Program-made: the position numbers and the translations under genes
Part shown: piece after piece, positions 55,527-63,508 of the stretch
Numbering within the stretch: position 1 is the first letter of the stretch
Layout of the letters: each line of letters opens with the position of its first letter
The notes under the pieces: generated by a model
Told to the model about the DNA's origin: nothing
Seen by the model: only the letters and a program-made list of their open reading frames with translations
Databases searched by the model: none
Virus record (IMG/VR): IMGVR_UViG_3300017560_000009
Coordinates: 16,421 to 80,420 of that record
DNA length: 64,000 bases
Reading direction: 5' to 3' (one strand)
DNA from: a virus
Taxonomy: Duplodnaviria > Caudoviricetes

Positions 55527-56135
55527 TTACGCCGCTTCTTCCTCGGTTTCCGGGACTTCTTCTTCCAGCGTGGCCATGCGCACGGTGGAGAAGAGGCCAG
55601 GGAGTTCGGAAATGGCGCGTTCGCGCAGGTCGTTCATGGGCAGCAGGTCGAGATCGCCTTCATCCCCCGTGAGATTGTCCACGGTGTAGGTGCCTTGCTT
55701 CACCATGGAAATGCCGTACTTGAGGACCGCGTTGTGGTCTTCGGCATTCGAATACCGCTGCGTGGCCAGAATGTCTTTGATGATCGCCGGCCGGCCGGTG
55801 TAGTAGACCAGCTGGCCAATAGCGAACTTTCCGGGCGGCGCGTCTTCAAGGTACTCCTTCACGTAACGGTCGTGATAGGAGGACTCGTTGACCAGCGCTT
55901 CGGGCAGCTGGAGCAATCCCTTGAGGTGGACTTCGCCACCACGGCTGGCGATCAGGCGGCACATACCCAACAGGTACAGGCTGCAAAAGCTGGACAGATA
56001 CCCGGTGCTGTTCTGGGAGAGCGGGGTGGCCTTGGCCACGTCGGTCGTGCCTTCGGAAGAGCCTTGCACTTCCCAGACGATGACGCCGGCCTTGTTGATA
56101 TCTTGAGCGCGGATGAAGGGGTAACGATTAGCCAT
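55527..56135 (-). CDS. Hypothetical protein
   Basis: Start MANRYP overlaps the upstream stop. Confidence 0.7.
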   Translation of the reverse strand: MANRYPFIRAQDINKAGVIVWEVQGSSEGTTDVAKATPLSQNSTGYLSSFCSLYLLGMCRLIASRGGEVHLKGLLQLPEALVNESSYHDRYVKEYLEDAPPGKFAIGQLVYYTGRPAIIKDILATQRYSNAEDHNAVLKYGISMVKQGTYTVDNLTGDEGDLDLLPMNDLRERAISELPGLFSTVRMATLEEEVPETEEEAA

Positions 56136-56319
56136 GGTTCTTCTCTTCTTCGATGAGTTCGTTGAGGTCAGTGGTTTCGAGCCGAGTGAGTTCGTTACGA
56201 ACCTCGTCCACTTCTTCGGCTCTGGTGTCAATAGGAGACTTGCGTTGCAGCATCGACAGCTTGGTCAGCAATCCGGCTCGTCTGGCGAGAATGGGCAGGA
56301 TGTCCCGAAACGTGATCAT
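56128..56319 (-). CDS. Hypothetical protein
   Basis: ATGA-coupled. Confidence 0.55.
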   Translation of the reverse strand: MITFRDILPILARRAGLLTKLSMLQRKSPIDTRAEEVDEVRNELTRLETTDLNELIEEEKNHG

Positions 56320-56591
56320 GGCACCACCGGCATTCCATCAACCGGGGTTTCTGTGGTGCCGAGGCCGACCACGGGATGCTCATGCCCTTGAACAAACAGG
56401 CAGATCCCGTGACCGGCGTTCAGCTGGGCCAGCTCGTTCTCGCTGGGACGCCAGACGGAGACCATCCAGTTGTGACCTCCGTGTTGTTGCTCGATAACAG
56501 GCAGCGGCGAACAATCTCCGTGTATTTTCGGATCCCAGCCTTGGGGAACACCGAGTACACGAGTCGCGTTTGCAGGGTGGAGAATATCCAT
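56316..56591 (-). CDS. Hypothetical protein
   Basis: LG.P.GWD....G.C..LP...MVSVWRPS..EL..LN.G..I.L...G..HP pattern; AAGGA RBS. Confidence 0.75.
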   Translation of the reverse strand: MDILHPANATRVLGVPQGWDPKIHGDCSPLPVIEQQHGGHNWMVSVWRPSENELAQLNAGHGICLFVQGHEHPVVGLGTTETPVDGMPVVP

Positions 56592-56794
56592 GGTTCATCC
56601 TTGAAGGTGTCAAGTTGCATCTTGTACAACATTTCTGCCACGCCCGCCAGCACTACGGTGTAAGGCTCCACCGTGGCGACGGATTGGTTGTAGCAGGCCG
56701 TGATGATCTGCTCGGCCCAGACTTCGCTGTCAACGGCCAAGTGGATCCGCCAATGAAGTCTTTCGACCTCATCGCGGATTTCGTGCAGGTTCAT
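56420..56794 (-). CDS. Hypothetical protein; 3' third overlaps the next gene
   Basis: Starts 2 nt after the upstream stop; 172-nt same-strand overlap. Confidence 0.4.
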   Translation of the reverse strand: MNLHEIRDEVERLHWRIHLAVDSEVWAEQIITACYNQSVATVEPYTVVLAGVAEMLYKMQLDTFKDEPWIFSTLQTRLVYSVFPKAGIRKYTEIVRRCLLSSNNTEVTTGWSPSGVPARTSWPS

Positions 56795-56796
56795 TT

Positions 56797-57195
56797 CTAC
56801 TCGCGGTAGTTGAGGAATAGGTGCGGGAAGGCTTCTTCGAATCGGCGACGGTTCAAGCTGTCGCTCTTGATCCAGAGGTGGGCCATCATCACGGCTTGAC
56901 CGCCGCCCTTGGACAAGATGCTGTGAATGGCTTTCAGCTTCTCGTCTTCGTCCATCATGGCCACGGCTGCGGCCTTGATCACGTCATCTTCACGGCCGGA
57001 GCGCATCGAAGCGTGGGCGAAGGCTTTCATCGCTTCGAGGATCTTGGGCGTCCAGCCGATGATGCCGTGCCATGACAGGTATTCGTCCAGCAGGGTGGAG
57101 GCGAGCGAGTTGGTGATATCGAAGTCGGTCTGACCACGCTCGCGCAGATCGACCAAGATGTGGTCTGGGATGAGATTGATGTTGATCAGGTGCAT
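56797..57195 (-). CDS. Hypothetical protein
   Basis: GAGGG RBS; AD..N..R...AFP-like C-terminus. Confidence 0.7.
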   Translation of the reverse strand: MHLININLIPDHILVDLRERGQTDFDITNSLASTLLDEYLSWHGIIGWTPKILEAMKAFAHASMRSGREDDVIKAAAVAMMDEDEKLKAIHSILSKGGGQAVMMAHLWIKSDSLNRRRFEEAFPHLFLNYRE

Positions 57196-57202
57196 GATGC
57201 CC

Positions 57203-57406
57203 TCACTCGGTGGGATATAGGGTCCGACGCATCAAGTCGATGGAGTCGGCGAAGCTGTGACCGTTGTTGCGCAGCCGCATGAGAAAGGGCGCTCCCTTCT
57301 CCTTTATCTCTTCCTGGATCTCACGAGTCACAGGCTGGCCTTTGACGTGGCCGAGCACTTGATCGAGTTCCTTGAGGATCATTGCGTCTGTGTGCTGAAG
57401 TTTCAT
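57203..57406 (-). CDS. Hypothetical protein
   Basis: Start MKLQHT follows the upstream stop. Confidence 0.55.
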   Translation of the reverse strand: MKLQHTDAMILKELDQVLGHVKGQPVTREIQEEIKEKGAPFLMRLRNNGHSFADSIDLMRRTLYPTE

Positions 57407-57408
57407 GA

Positions 57409-57630
57409 TCAAACCTTTGGTTTGGTTACGCGGCCCGCTATCGGGATGGCCGCAATGGCAAATGCCATCATGATGATCAATGACCATGCCAAGCCGCCGA
57501 GATCGTATGGCAGATGGAACGATGACACGTTATCCGCCAGCCACCAGCTCACGTCGAGCACAGCCTGCATGCCCACGATATAGGCGATGAGGCTGAGCAC
57601 GAAGATGATGGCGTACTTGAGATAGGTCAT
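57409..57630 (-). CDS. Small two-TM membrane protein
   Basis: Two hydrophobic segments and a basic C-terminus. Confidence 0.65.
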   Translation of the reverse strand: MTYLKYAIIFVLSLIAYIVGMQAVLDVSWWLADNVSSFHLPYDLGGLAWSLIIMMAFAIAAIPIAGRVTKPKV

Positions 57631-57702
57631 TAGGCATCCGTTTGGGTTACACCCAACATGATGCCATGAAGATTGAATCTTGAAAAGTTCGTTACGAACC
57701 TT

Positions 57703-58062
57703 TCAGAAGTTGTAGGTGATGACCGTGCGCACAACTGCCTCGCGCTTGCCAACGAAGCGCACGTCAGCGGAATAGTTGGCGCACCCGCAGCAGTCATACT
57801 CGTGGGCGCAACCATGACGGCTGAACGCATCGTGCAACGCCTGCGTCCAGATCTTGCGGTTCCAGGTTTTCGGGACGATGACGCGCATGACGTACACCGG
57901 ACCATGCGACGGCTCTTCGTAGTAGGCCTCCGGCTGGTTGACCTTGCGCCGGCCCAGCACCTTGACCTCGCCGATGTAGGCGTGGTCATCGAGATCCTTG
58001 AACGTGCCGACGTATTTGTGGGTCAGCCGCAGGTACACATCTTGATGGTGTGCCATGGTCAT
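57703..58062 (-). CDS. Hypothetical protein (CAHEYDCCGC motif)
   Basis: ATGA-coupled; probable metal-binding Cys/His cluster. Confidence 0.7.
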   Translation of the reverse strand: MTMAHHQDVYLRLTHKYVGTFKDLDDHAYIGEVKVLGRRKVNQPEAYYEEPSHGPVYVMRVIVPKTWNRKIWTQALHDAFSRHGCAHEYDCCGCANYSADVRFVGKREAVVRTVITYNF

Positions 58063-58301
58063 TTCTTCCTTTCGACGCAGACGAGGTAGCGAATGTCGCC
58101 TGCTTTGCTGTTGGAGACGGCAGTGAAAAGGTTCGTGACGAACTCTTTGCCTTCCATGCCTTTCGATCTGCGGCTGGCTGTCGGGTTGAGCCGGTGCATG
58201 ATGCGGTTGTAGTTGGCAACGTCGGTCTCGATGTACCGACGTTCGCCCACCTCCAGCTGCATCAGCAGGCCTTGCCAGCTATCGCGGCGGGGTCCGGTCA
58301 T
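58059..58301 (-). CDS. Hypothetical protein
   Basis: Start MTGPRR overlapping the upstream gene end. Confidence 0.55.
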   Translation of the reverse strand: MTGPRRDSWQGLLMQLEVGERRYIETDVANYNRIMHRLNPTASRRSKGMEGKEFVTNLFTAVSNSKAGDIRYLVCVERKK

Positions 58302-58551
58302 GGTGGAGGGTGTCCAAAAGGAGCAGCAGCCCGAGCTTTTCCAGGCCGTTGAGCGGGCCGCTGAGCACGGAGGTACTGGCATGTGCCTCCAGCTGCGAAA
58401 TCGCCTCAGCGACCGTTTCCTGGGCCACAAAGCCATGGTTGCGCAGCTGGAGCCGGACCATGGGCAGCAGGCCTTTGGGGACGACCTCGGTTTTCAGGCG
58501 CTGCACCAGCTCGCCGAAGCTGCCTTCAGGGTAGATCTGATCTTCAGTCAT
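58279..58551 (-). CDS. Hypothetical protein
   Basis: GGAG RBS. Confidence 0.6.
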   Translation of the reverse strand: MTEDQIYPEGSFGELVQRLKTEVVPKGLLPMVRLQLRNHGFVAQETVAEAISQLEAHASTSVLSGPLNGLEKLGLLLLLDTLHHDRTPPR

Positions 58552-59002
58552 CTGCCACTCCTGCCGCGATAGCCAGACGCAGGATGGCTTCCCACTTCAG
58601 GCTGTAGGTTTTGCCCGTGCGCTCGCAACGGATCATGGGAGACGCGGAAGATGACATGAGCAGTTCGAACTTGCCCAGCGCGGGATCCGCGCATTCCGCG
58701 CCGCCGACGTGTTGAGTGATCATCAGCACTTCGGGTCCATAGATGTTGCCGGCGCTGGCGGTGTAGCGCTCGGCGATCAGCTCGCCGATCTTGCGCATCG
58801 CGCCTTCGGAACGCACGAGATCCACTTCGGCGTCGTAGCTGCCGCCACGGGTCACGCGGAGCGGCATATCCATGACGATCACGCCGTGTTCGTCTTCCAG
58901 GCGCACCCATGGCAGGTTCTCGGGACCGACCCGCAGCTCTTGCGGGATCTTATTGGCCTTGTGGGGCAGGGGAGGCCGACGATCTTGAGCACGTTTGACC
59001 AT
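58544..59002 (-). CDS. Hypothetical protein
   Basis: Start MVKRAQ with AAGGA RBS. Confidence 0.65.
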   Translation of the reverse strand: MVKRAQDRRPPLPHKANKIPQELRVGPENLPWVRLEDEHGVIVMDMPLRVTRGGSYDAEVDLVRSEGAMRKIGELIAERYTASAGNIYGPEVLMITQHVGGAECADPALGKFELLMSSSASPMIRCERTGKTYSLKWEAILRLAIAAGVADD

Positions 59003-59006
59003 GATG

Positions 59007-59420
59007 TCACCATCCTTCGTGTTGATCACGCGGCAGGCCGCAATGCTGGCACACGCGGTGCGTTTTCGGGTCTTGTTCATACCCGTTGCACTTGCCCTGG
59101 ATCGTGCCTGCCAGTGGTTTCACGAGCGAGCGCAGCGCCGTGTCGATGTGCTCGTCGGTCATGTATTCGTACAGCTCGGCCACCAACACGCGCCGCTTCA
59201 TGACGTAAGCATCCTGCGTGATGCCCTCGAACTGGAATTGCGGGCCGACGCATTGGTCGCCCCACATGCAGTCCCAGCGAAAGCGACGGTTGAGATCCTT
59301 CACTTGGTCGATGCGCAGGATGCTGGAGTCCTTGGTGCGGTACAGCTCGCGGTTGTGGTCCAGGTTCGTGCATTTGATGAGCGCTCCCAGGCGCTCCAGA
59401 TGCTCGGCTTTGATCTTCAT
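59007..59420 (-). CDS. Hypothetical protein with C-terminal CxxC motif
   Basis: D.HIDTALR motif; CQHCG; palindrome 15 bp upstream. Confidence 0.65.
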   Translation of the reverse strand: MKIKAEHLERLGALIKCTNLDHNRELYRTKDSSILRIDQVKDLNRRFRWDCMWGDQCVGPQFQFEGITQDAYVMKRRVLVAELYEYMTDEHIDTALRSLVKPLAGTIQGKCNGYEQDPKTHRVCQHCGLPRDQHEGW

Positions 59421-59447
59421 ATCTTGCCCCATTGGTTCGTTACGAAC

Positions 59448-59732
59448 CTAGTTGATGTTGCCTTCGAAAATGTCCCAGCACGCCATCCACAGCAGGTACA
59501 TCCGTGCCGTGGTGTCATCCATGGTCTCGGCATCGTCAATGCCGTACTCACGCAGGATGGTGCGCATGTCTGTCATGTTCAATGCAGCCAGCTGGATGGC
59601 CATGCGCTCGTCCAAAACAGCTTGACGGGCGGCCGGCGTGTTGTCGCCAGTGCGAGCCACACTGTCCACAATGTCTTGAGGGATGTTGAGTTCCAAGCGG
59701 CCACAGCCGCTGGTCCAGTAGCGATCAGGCAT
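59448..59732 (-). CDS. Hypothetical protein
   Basis: GGAG RBS; L.EYG...LW.ACWDI motif. Confidence 0.7.
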   Translation of the reverse strand: MPDRYWTSGCGRLELNIPQDIVDSVARTGDNTPAARQAVLDERMAIQLAALNMTDMRTILREYGIDDAETMDDTTARMYLLWMACWDIFEGNIN

Positions 59733-59907
59733 TGCGGATCTCCTTGTTGTCGCGCACCTGTTGACCATCCTGGAACATCAGGACTTGCGAGCCGGTTTCG
59801 CGGCGAGACTTCTTGTCGTGTTCGTTGTACGCGGCGCGGGCCTGCTTGCCGTTGTGGCCATCGAACACGACTTGGCCATCGACAGTGATCTTGAATTGTT
59901 GGCGCAT
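59725..59907 (-). CDS. Hypothetical protein
   Basis: Operon packing. Confidence 0.6.
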   Translation of the reverse strand: MRQQFKITVDGQVVFDGHNGKQARAAYNEHDKKSRRETGSQVLMFQDGQQVRDNKEIRNA

Positions 59908-59909
59908 GA

Positions 59910-60371
59910 TTATTCGTCCTGGACGGAGAGTAAGACGGTGGTGAAGAGGCTCAGCATATCGTCGGGCAAATCTCCGACGCCGGCCGGTTCGCTGCTGTAA
60001 AGCGTGCGCTCGAATTCATCTGTGAACGAAGGCTCGAAGATGTAGACGTGGTTAAGCGGCTCATCGTCTTCCACGCTCTGGTGGATCGAAATGCGCATCT
60101 TGTTGTGGATCGAGTTGCGGTAGAGCGTGACTTTCTCCACCCCCAGTTTATGGGTCAACGTACCCATCATGGTCTCTATCTGGAAGTCGGCCATGGAGTA
60201 GTCGCGCACGGCTTCGGCAAGGTCGAAGGAATAGGCCTTCAGCTCATCGCGGTTCAGCGTGTGGGACGCCGTGATGAAGTGCTGGTTCAAGCTGGCCAGA
60301 CGTTGATCAACCACGGCTTTGGAAAGGCTGCGACGGTAGACCAACGAGGCGAGTTTTTGGATGAAATTCAT
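59910..60371 (-). CDS. Hypothetical protein
   Basis: Start placed at MNFIQ. Confidence 0.6.
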   Translation of the reverse strand: MNFIQKLASLVYRRSLSKAVVDQRLASLNQHFITASHTLNRDELKAYSFDLAEAVRDYSMADFQIETMMGTLTHKLGVEKVTLYRNSIHNKMRISIHQSVEDDEPLNHVYIFEPSFTDEFERTLYSSEPAGVGDLPDDMLSLFTTVLLSVQDE

Positions 60372-60406
60372 TTCAGGTTCCCGGTAACAAGTTACAGGTT
60401 GATCGG

Positions 60407-60850
60407 TCAATACGGGACTTCGAGAGTCAGAAACTGGTCGAACAACTCGCCGATATACGACTTGATGTCGTTTCGGTTAGGACCATGAACCTTCAGCTCG
60501 AAACCATGGGCAAGCGACGGCTTGACGACTACCTGATGCTCGGTCCAGCCTTCGTAATAGCCGTGATCGCTCATGTGCTGAAAGTTCGTAACGAACACAA
60601 GGCGATCAGGACGGGAATCGTGCAGTTGAAACTGCGTGCCGGAGTTGAACCCGCTACCACTCGGGGCGTACTCCTTGGTCAGTTCCTTCATGCGCTCAGC
60701 ATGGCGATTCAACCAGTCATCGCGGGAATCACCTTGAGTGGAGGCGAGGCGATTGTTGTACGCTACCAAGCGCATGGCCATGACTTGGTACAGCGGACGC
60801 TTTTGCGTCAGGACTTGGGGGATGACTTGGGATTCAACCGGTTGAGTCAT
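60407..60850 (-). CDS. Conserved-looking phage hypothetical protein
   Basis: PSGSGF..GT...RLVF...F.HM...GYY.GWTEH.V.V.PSL..GF.L...G.NRN.IK.Y pattern. Confidence 0.8.
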   Translation of the reverse strand: MTQPVESQVIPQVLTQKRPLYQVMAMRLVAYNNRLASTQGDSRDDWLNRHAERMKELTKEYAPSGSGFNSGTQFQLHDSRPDRLVFVTNFQHMSDHGYYEGWTEHQVVVKPSLAHGFELKVHGPNRNDIKSYIGELFDQFLTLEVPY

Positions 60851-61200
60851 GGTAGTTCCGTTTGAGTGATGAGCCTGCCCACGGCACGTTTGCCGGGATT
60901 TTGTCGCTGCGGGCCAGCTGGCGGGGTACGGAGCATAGCGCAATAGGGCTAGGGCTTGCGTACCAGGGCTGGGAGGGGCGAATTAGGGCAGGTGGCTACC
61001 TGGGTAGCGGGGGATGGGATTGGGGCGCTGTACGGGCTTATTTTGGGCTAGGCCGTTTGGATGACCAGGATGGCCACACGACGCTACAGGACCATCGAAA
61101 GGATGATGGCCATGCAGGCGAGGCTGGCGACGGCGGCAAGCTCGAAAACCTCGGTCTTACTCCAGGGTTTGGAGCCGGAGCGGAGCCTGGAGGGGGTCGA

Positions 61201-61770
61201 AAAGTTGGGGTGGTACGCGGATTCTCGGAGCGGGAGCAGGAGCGCGGAAGAGGGGGGATTTATCATATAAGAGGCTCGCAAGTGCTTGATTTATAAGGAG
61301 GTGGAGACGGAGCAGGAGACGGAGGTGGAGCGGGAGCGGGGAGAAAGTTGTGGTGGTACAAATGCTCTATTTCTACTCTATAGAGAATATAAAAAACCCT
61401 ATAAATAGCTGTCCTTTACTTCAAGAAAATAGAGGTTGTACCACCACAACTTTGAAGATCGAATCTTCATGGTCAGAAAAAAGTTTGACCAGAAAAAATT
61501 GCCCAACAAAATCAATAGGTTAGAGCAGAAGTACCCTATAAATCGAAAACCTATAATTGACCAGTGGGCCGAAATCCTTGTGGTCCAACACAAAGTTGGG
61601 GATTTATAGGGTTTTTATTCGCGCGCCTTGCGCGGATCATGGATGGCTCAAATACCACCACCACTTTTGCAGTGCAGCATGGTTCGTTACGAACCTTTGA
61701 ACTCGCTGCAAAGCCGCGCCAGTGCTCACGATGGCCCAAATCCCAACTTTTCCACCAAGACCCTATAGGC
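61201..61770. promoter_or_regulatory. AT-rich, iteron-like repeat region (origin or packaging/terminal control region candidate)
   Basis: 18-bp perfect inverted repeat 61344-61361 / 61436-61453 around 74 bp of AT-rich DNA; ACCCTATAAAT at 61396, 61533 and (reverse) 61602. Confidence 0.55.
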
Positions 61771-61965
61771 GTGGGCGGGGTAGCGCGAGGGATAGCACGT
61801 CCCCTGTTTCCGAGGGGCCGGATCCTGGCGTGGGCGGGGTAGCGGCACTCCTACCTTTTCGTGACGCCCTAAAACGTGGCGCAGAAACAACACGCTACCA
61901 CGCCCACGCGCAAACCCTAATTGACTTTTCCCTTTTTCTTACTTTTCCACTCCCGAGACAACAGC

Positions 61966-62274
61966 CTACGCACGGCACCACGCCGCACTCAACCTTGCCG
62001 CCATTTGCGCCAGGGAATCGGCGACTTCAACCCGCTTGCGCGTGGTTTTGCGCTTCTGCCGCACCTTATCGACTTGGCTTTTCTCTTCCAACCAGTCGAA
62101 TTCGCCGCTCAACTCCAGTTGCCGGACCTCTTCCCGCATCAGTTGCCGGCTCAGAATCGCCTGCCGATGCTCGGTCCTGGAGCGGACGATCAAGTCCCGC
62201 TTCCACGCCAATTGCGCAGACACGCCGCTGCTGATGACCTTGGAATAGTTTCCAATCGTCGGATCGTTACTCAT
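61966..62274 (-). CDS. Hypothetical basic protein
   Basis: Palindrome 23 bp upstream as for other early genes; RBS weak. Confidence 0.45.
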   Translation of the reverse strand: MSNDPTIGNYSKVISSGVSAQLAWKRDLIVRSRTEHRQAILSRQLMREEVRQLELSGEFDWLEEKSQVDKVRQKRKTTRKRVEVADSLAQMAARLSAAWCRA

Positions 62275-62422
62275 GGGGAATTTCCAGACTTGAAAAGTTC
62301 GTTACGAACTTTGGGGATCAGAAATCGGAATTGGAAACGCTCAATTCCAACTTGACCGTGGACGGGTATAGGACGAGCCGCTACCACGCCCACGGCCAGG
62401 GGACGCGCCTTATAGAGAGGCG

Positions 62423-62450
62423 AAAAAAGCCCCTGCCGCTAGGGCAGGGG
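62423..62450 (-). terminator. Rho-independent terminator
   Basis: CCCCTGCC-5 nt-GGCAGGGG followed by CTTTTTT on the minus strand. Confidence 0.75.
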
Positions 62451-62488
62451 AAAGGCGGGGCGACCAGGGACGCCGCCCCGCCGGGGCG

Positions 62489-63181
62489 TTACGCTGCGAC
62501 CGCTTCAGCTTCAGCGTGGACCGAGTAGCCCATGTCCACGATATGGGCCATAAGGGACTTGATGAAAGCGGCGCGGTCTTCTTCGCTCATGGCTTGCATT
62601 TGAGCCGCGATGGTAGCCGCGTAGGCTTCAGGACCGGACGCGGCCGCCAAAGGCGCGTCCGGTTCGCTTTCGGCCGTGGGCGTGGCCGGGGTAGCGGCCG
62701 GGGCAACAGGTGCGGGCGTTTCCACCTTCGCGCCACGCTTCGCATTGCCCCCCGCAAACCCGAAGGTAGTCCAGAGGGTTTCCACGTCAGACACCTTGCA
62801 ATCGTTGACCATCCAGGCAATGACCGCCTTGATAGCATCCGCCTGGGCCATCTCATGCAGCGCCAGCACATTCAACCCGCGCTCAGCCGCGCATGCCGCA
62901 ATCGCTACCCCCTTTTCCGCGTATTTCTTGAAACGGGCGAAATACACGTCACGCGCCGCGTCCCGCGCCGCGTCATCCATCTTTTCCCAGGCCTTGCCGT
63001 GGTCGGCCATGGCGGCGTCCAGCTGCAAAGCCTTGCGCAGCTCAGCCGCGTAACCGCGCACATCCGCCTTGCCATCCAGCACGGCATGGGCCACGACGGC
63101 GGCATATCCGCCCAGGTCGGCACGCATGGCCTTAACGATGGCGGCGCGGGTGGTGGTGATATTGAGGGTTTGCGTTTGCAT
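62489..63181 (-). CDS. Hypothetical Ala-rich protein, first gene of the leftward early block
   Basis: AAAGGA RBS 8 nt before ATG 63181; palindrome 24 bp upstream; Pro/Ala/Thr linker. Confidence 0.75.
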   Translation of the reverse strand: MQTQTLNITTTRAAIVKAMRADLGGYAAVVAHAVLDGKADVRGYAAELRKALQLDAAMADHGKAWEKMDDAARDAARDVYFARFKKYAEKGVAIAACAAERGLNVLALHEMAQADAIKAVIAWMVNDCKVSDVETLWTTFGFAGGNAKRGAKVETPAPVAPAATPATPTAESEPDAPLAAASGPEAYAATIAAQMQAMSEEDRAAFIKSLMAHIVDMGYSVHAEAEAVAA

Positions 63182-63437
63182 GATGATCATCCTTTAGGCG
63201 TTTGGTTCGTTACGAACCTTTGTAAACCGTAGGGGCGAAGTTGCCCCGGGCCTCGTGGCCCTGGCACCAGGGAGACATTCCCCGATTGCTTAGGTGTAAG
63301 TGTACCTAGATATTTTGCGACCCTCAAGCACATTAATGGCCAGGATGTCAAGTCCTGTTTTGTAAAAATTCTGAAAAAAATAACTATAGGAAAGCACCCA
63401 TTCTGTAGTATCCTGTCGCTACCCCGCCCACGCCCAC

Positions 63438-63508
63438 GGGATTCGGCCCCACGCCCAGGCGCGCTGCCCAACCAGGAACCGGGATTCGGCCCCACGCCCA
63501 GGCGCGCT
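63438..63508 (+). repeat. 28-bp direct repeat
   Basis: GGGATTCGGCCCCACGCCCAGGCGCGCT at 63438 and 63481. Confidence 0.85.

Larger units (their letters stand above)
51754..63217. repeat. Dispersed 13-bp palindrome GTTCGTNACGAAC, 10 copies
   Basis: Copies start at 51754, 53858, 56190, 57687, 58131, 59435, 60584, 61682, 62297 and 63205. None was seen by eye elsewhere in the window. Confidence 0.9.
61770..63432. repeat. 16-bp repeat CGCTACC(A/C)CGCCCACG, 5 copies
   Basis: Reverse copies at 61770 and 61829; forward copies at 61893, 62379 and 63417. Confidence 0.85.

Noticed and set aside
60862-61842. Track ORFs across the repeat-rich control region (60862-61296, 61061-61270, 61084-61281, 61399-61593, 61564-61842)
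   Set aside because: Low-complexity translations of repeats, no RBS, and composition unlike the real genes.
51754-63217. CRISPR array interpretation of the repeated 13-mer
   Set aside because: The repeat is too short, spacing is irregular (about 0.4-2.3 kb), the spacers are genes, and no cas genes are present.
63320-63400. sigma70 promoter from TTGACA plus an AT-rich UP-like tract upstream of the first early gene (similar TTGACA at about 49319 and 10265)
   Set aside because: No TAnnnT at 16-18 bp spacing; the only TAnnnT-like hexamers are 10-11 bp away. It may be a real atypical promoter but cannot be supported from sequence alone.
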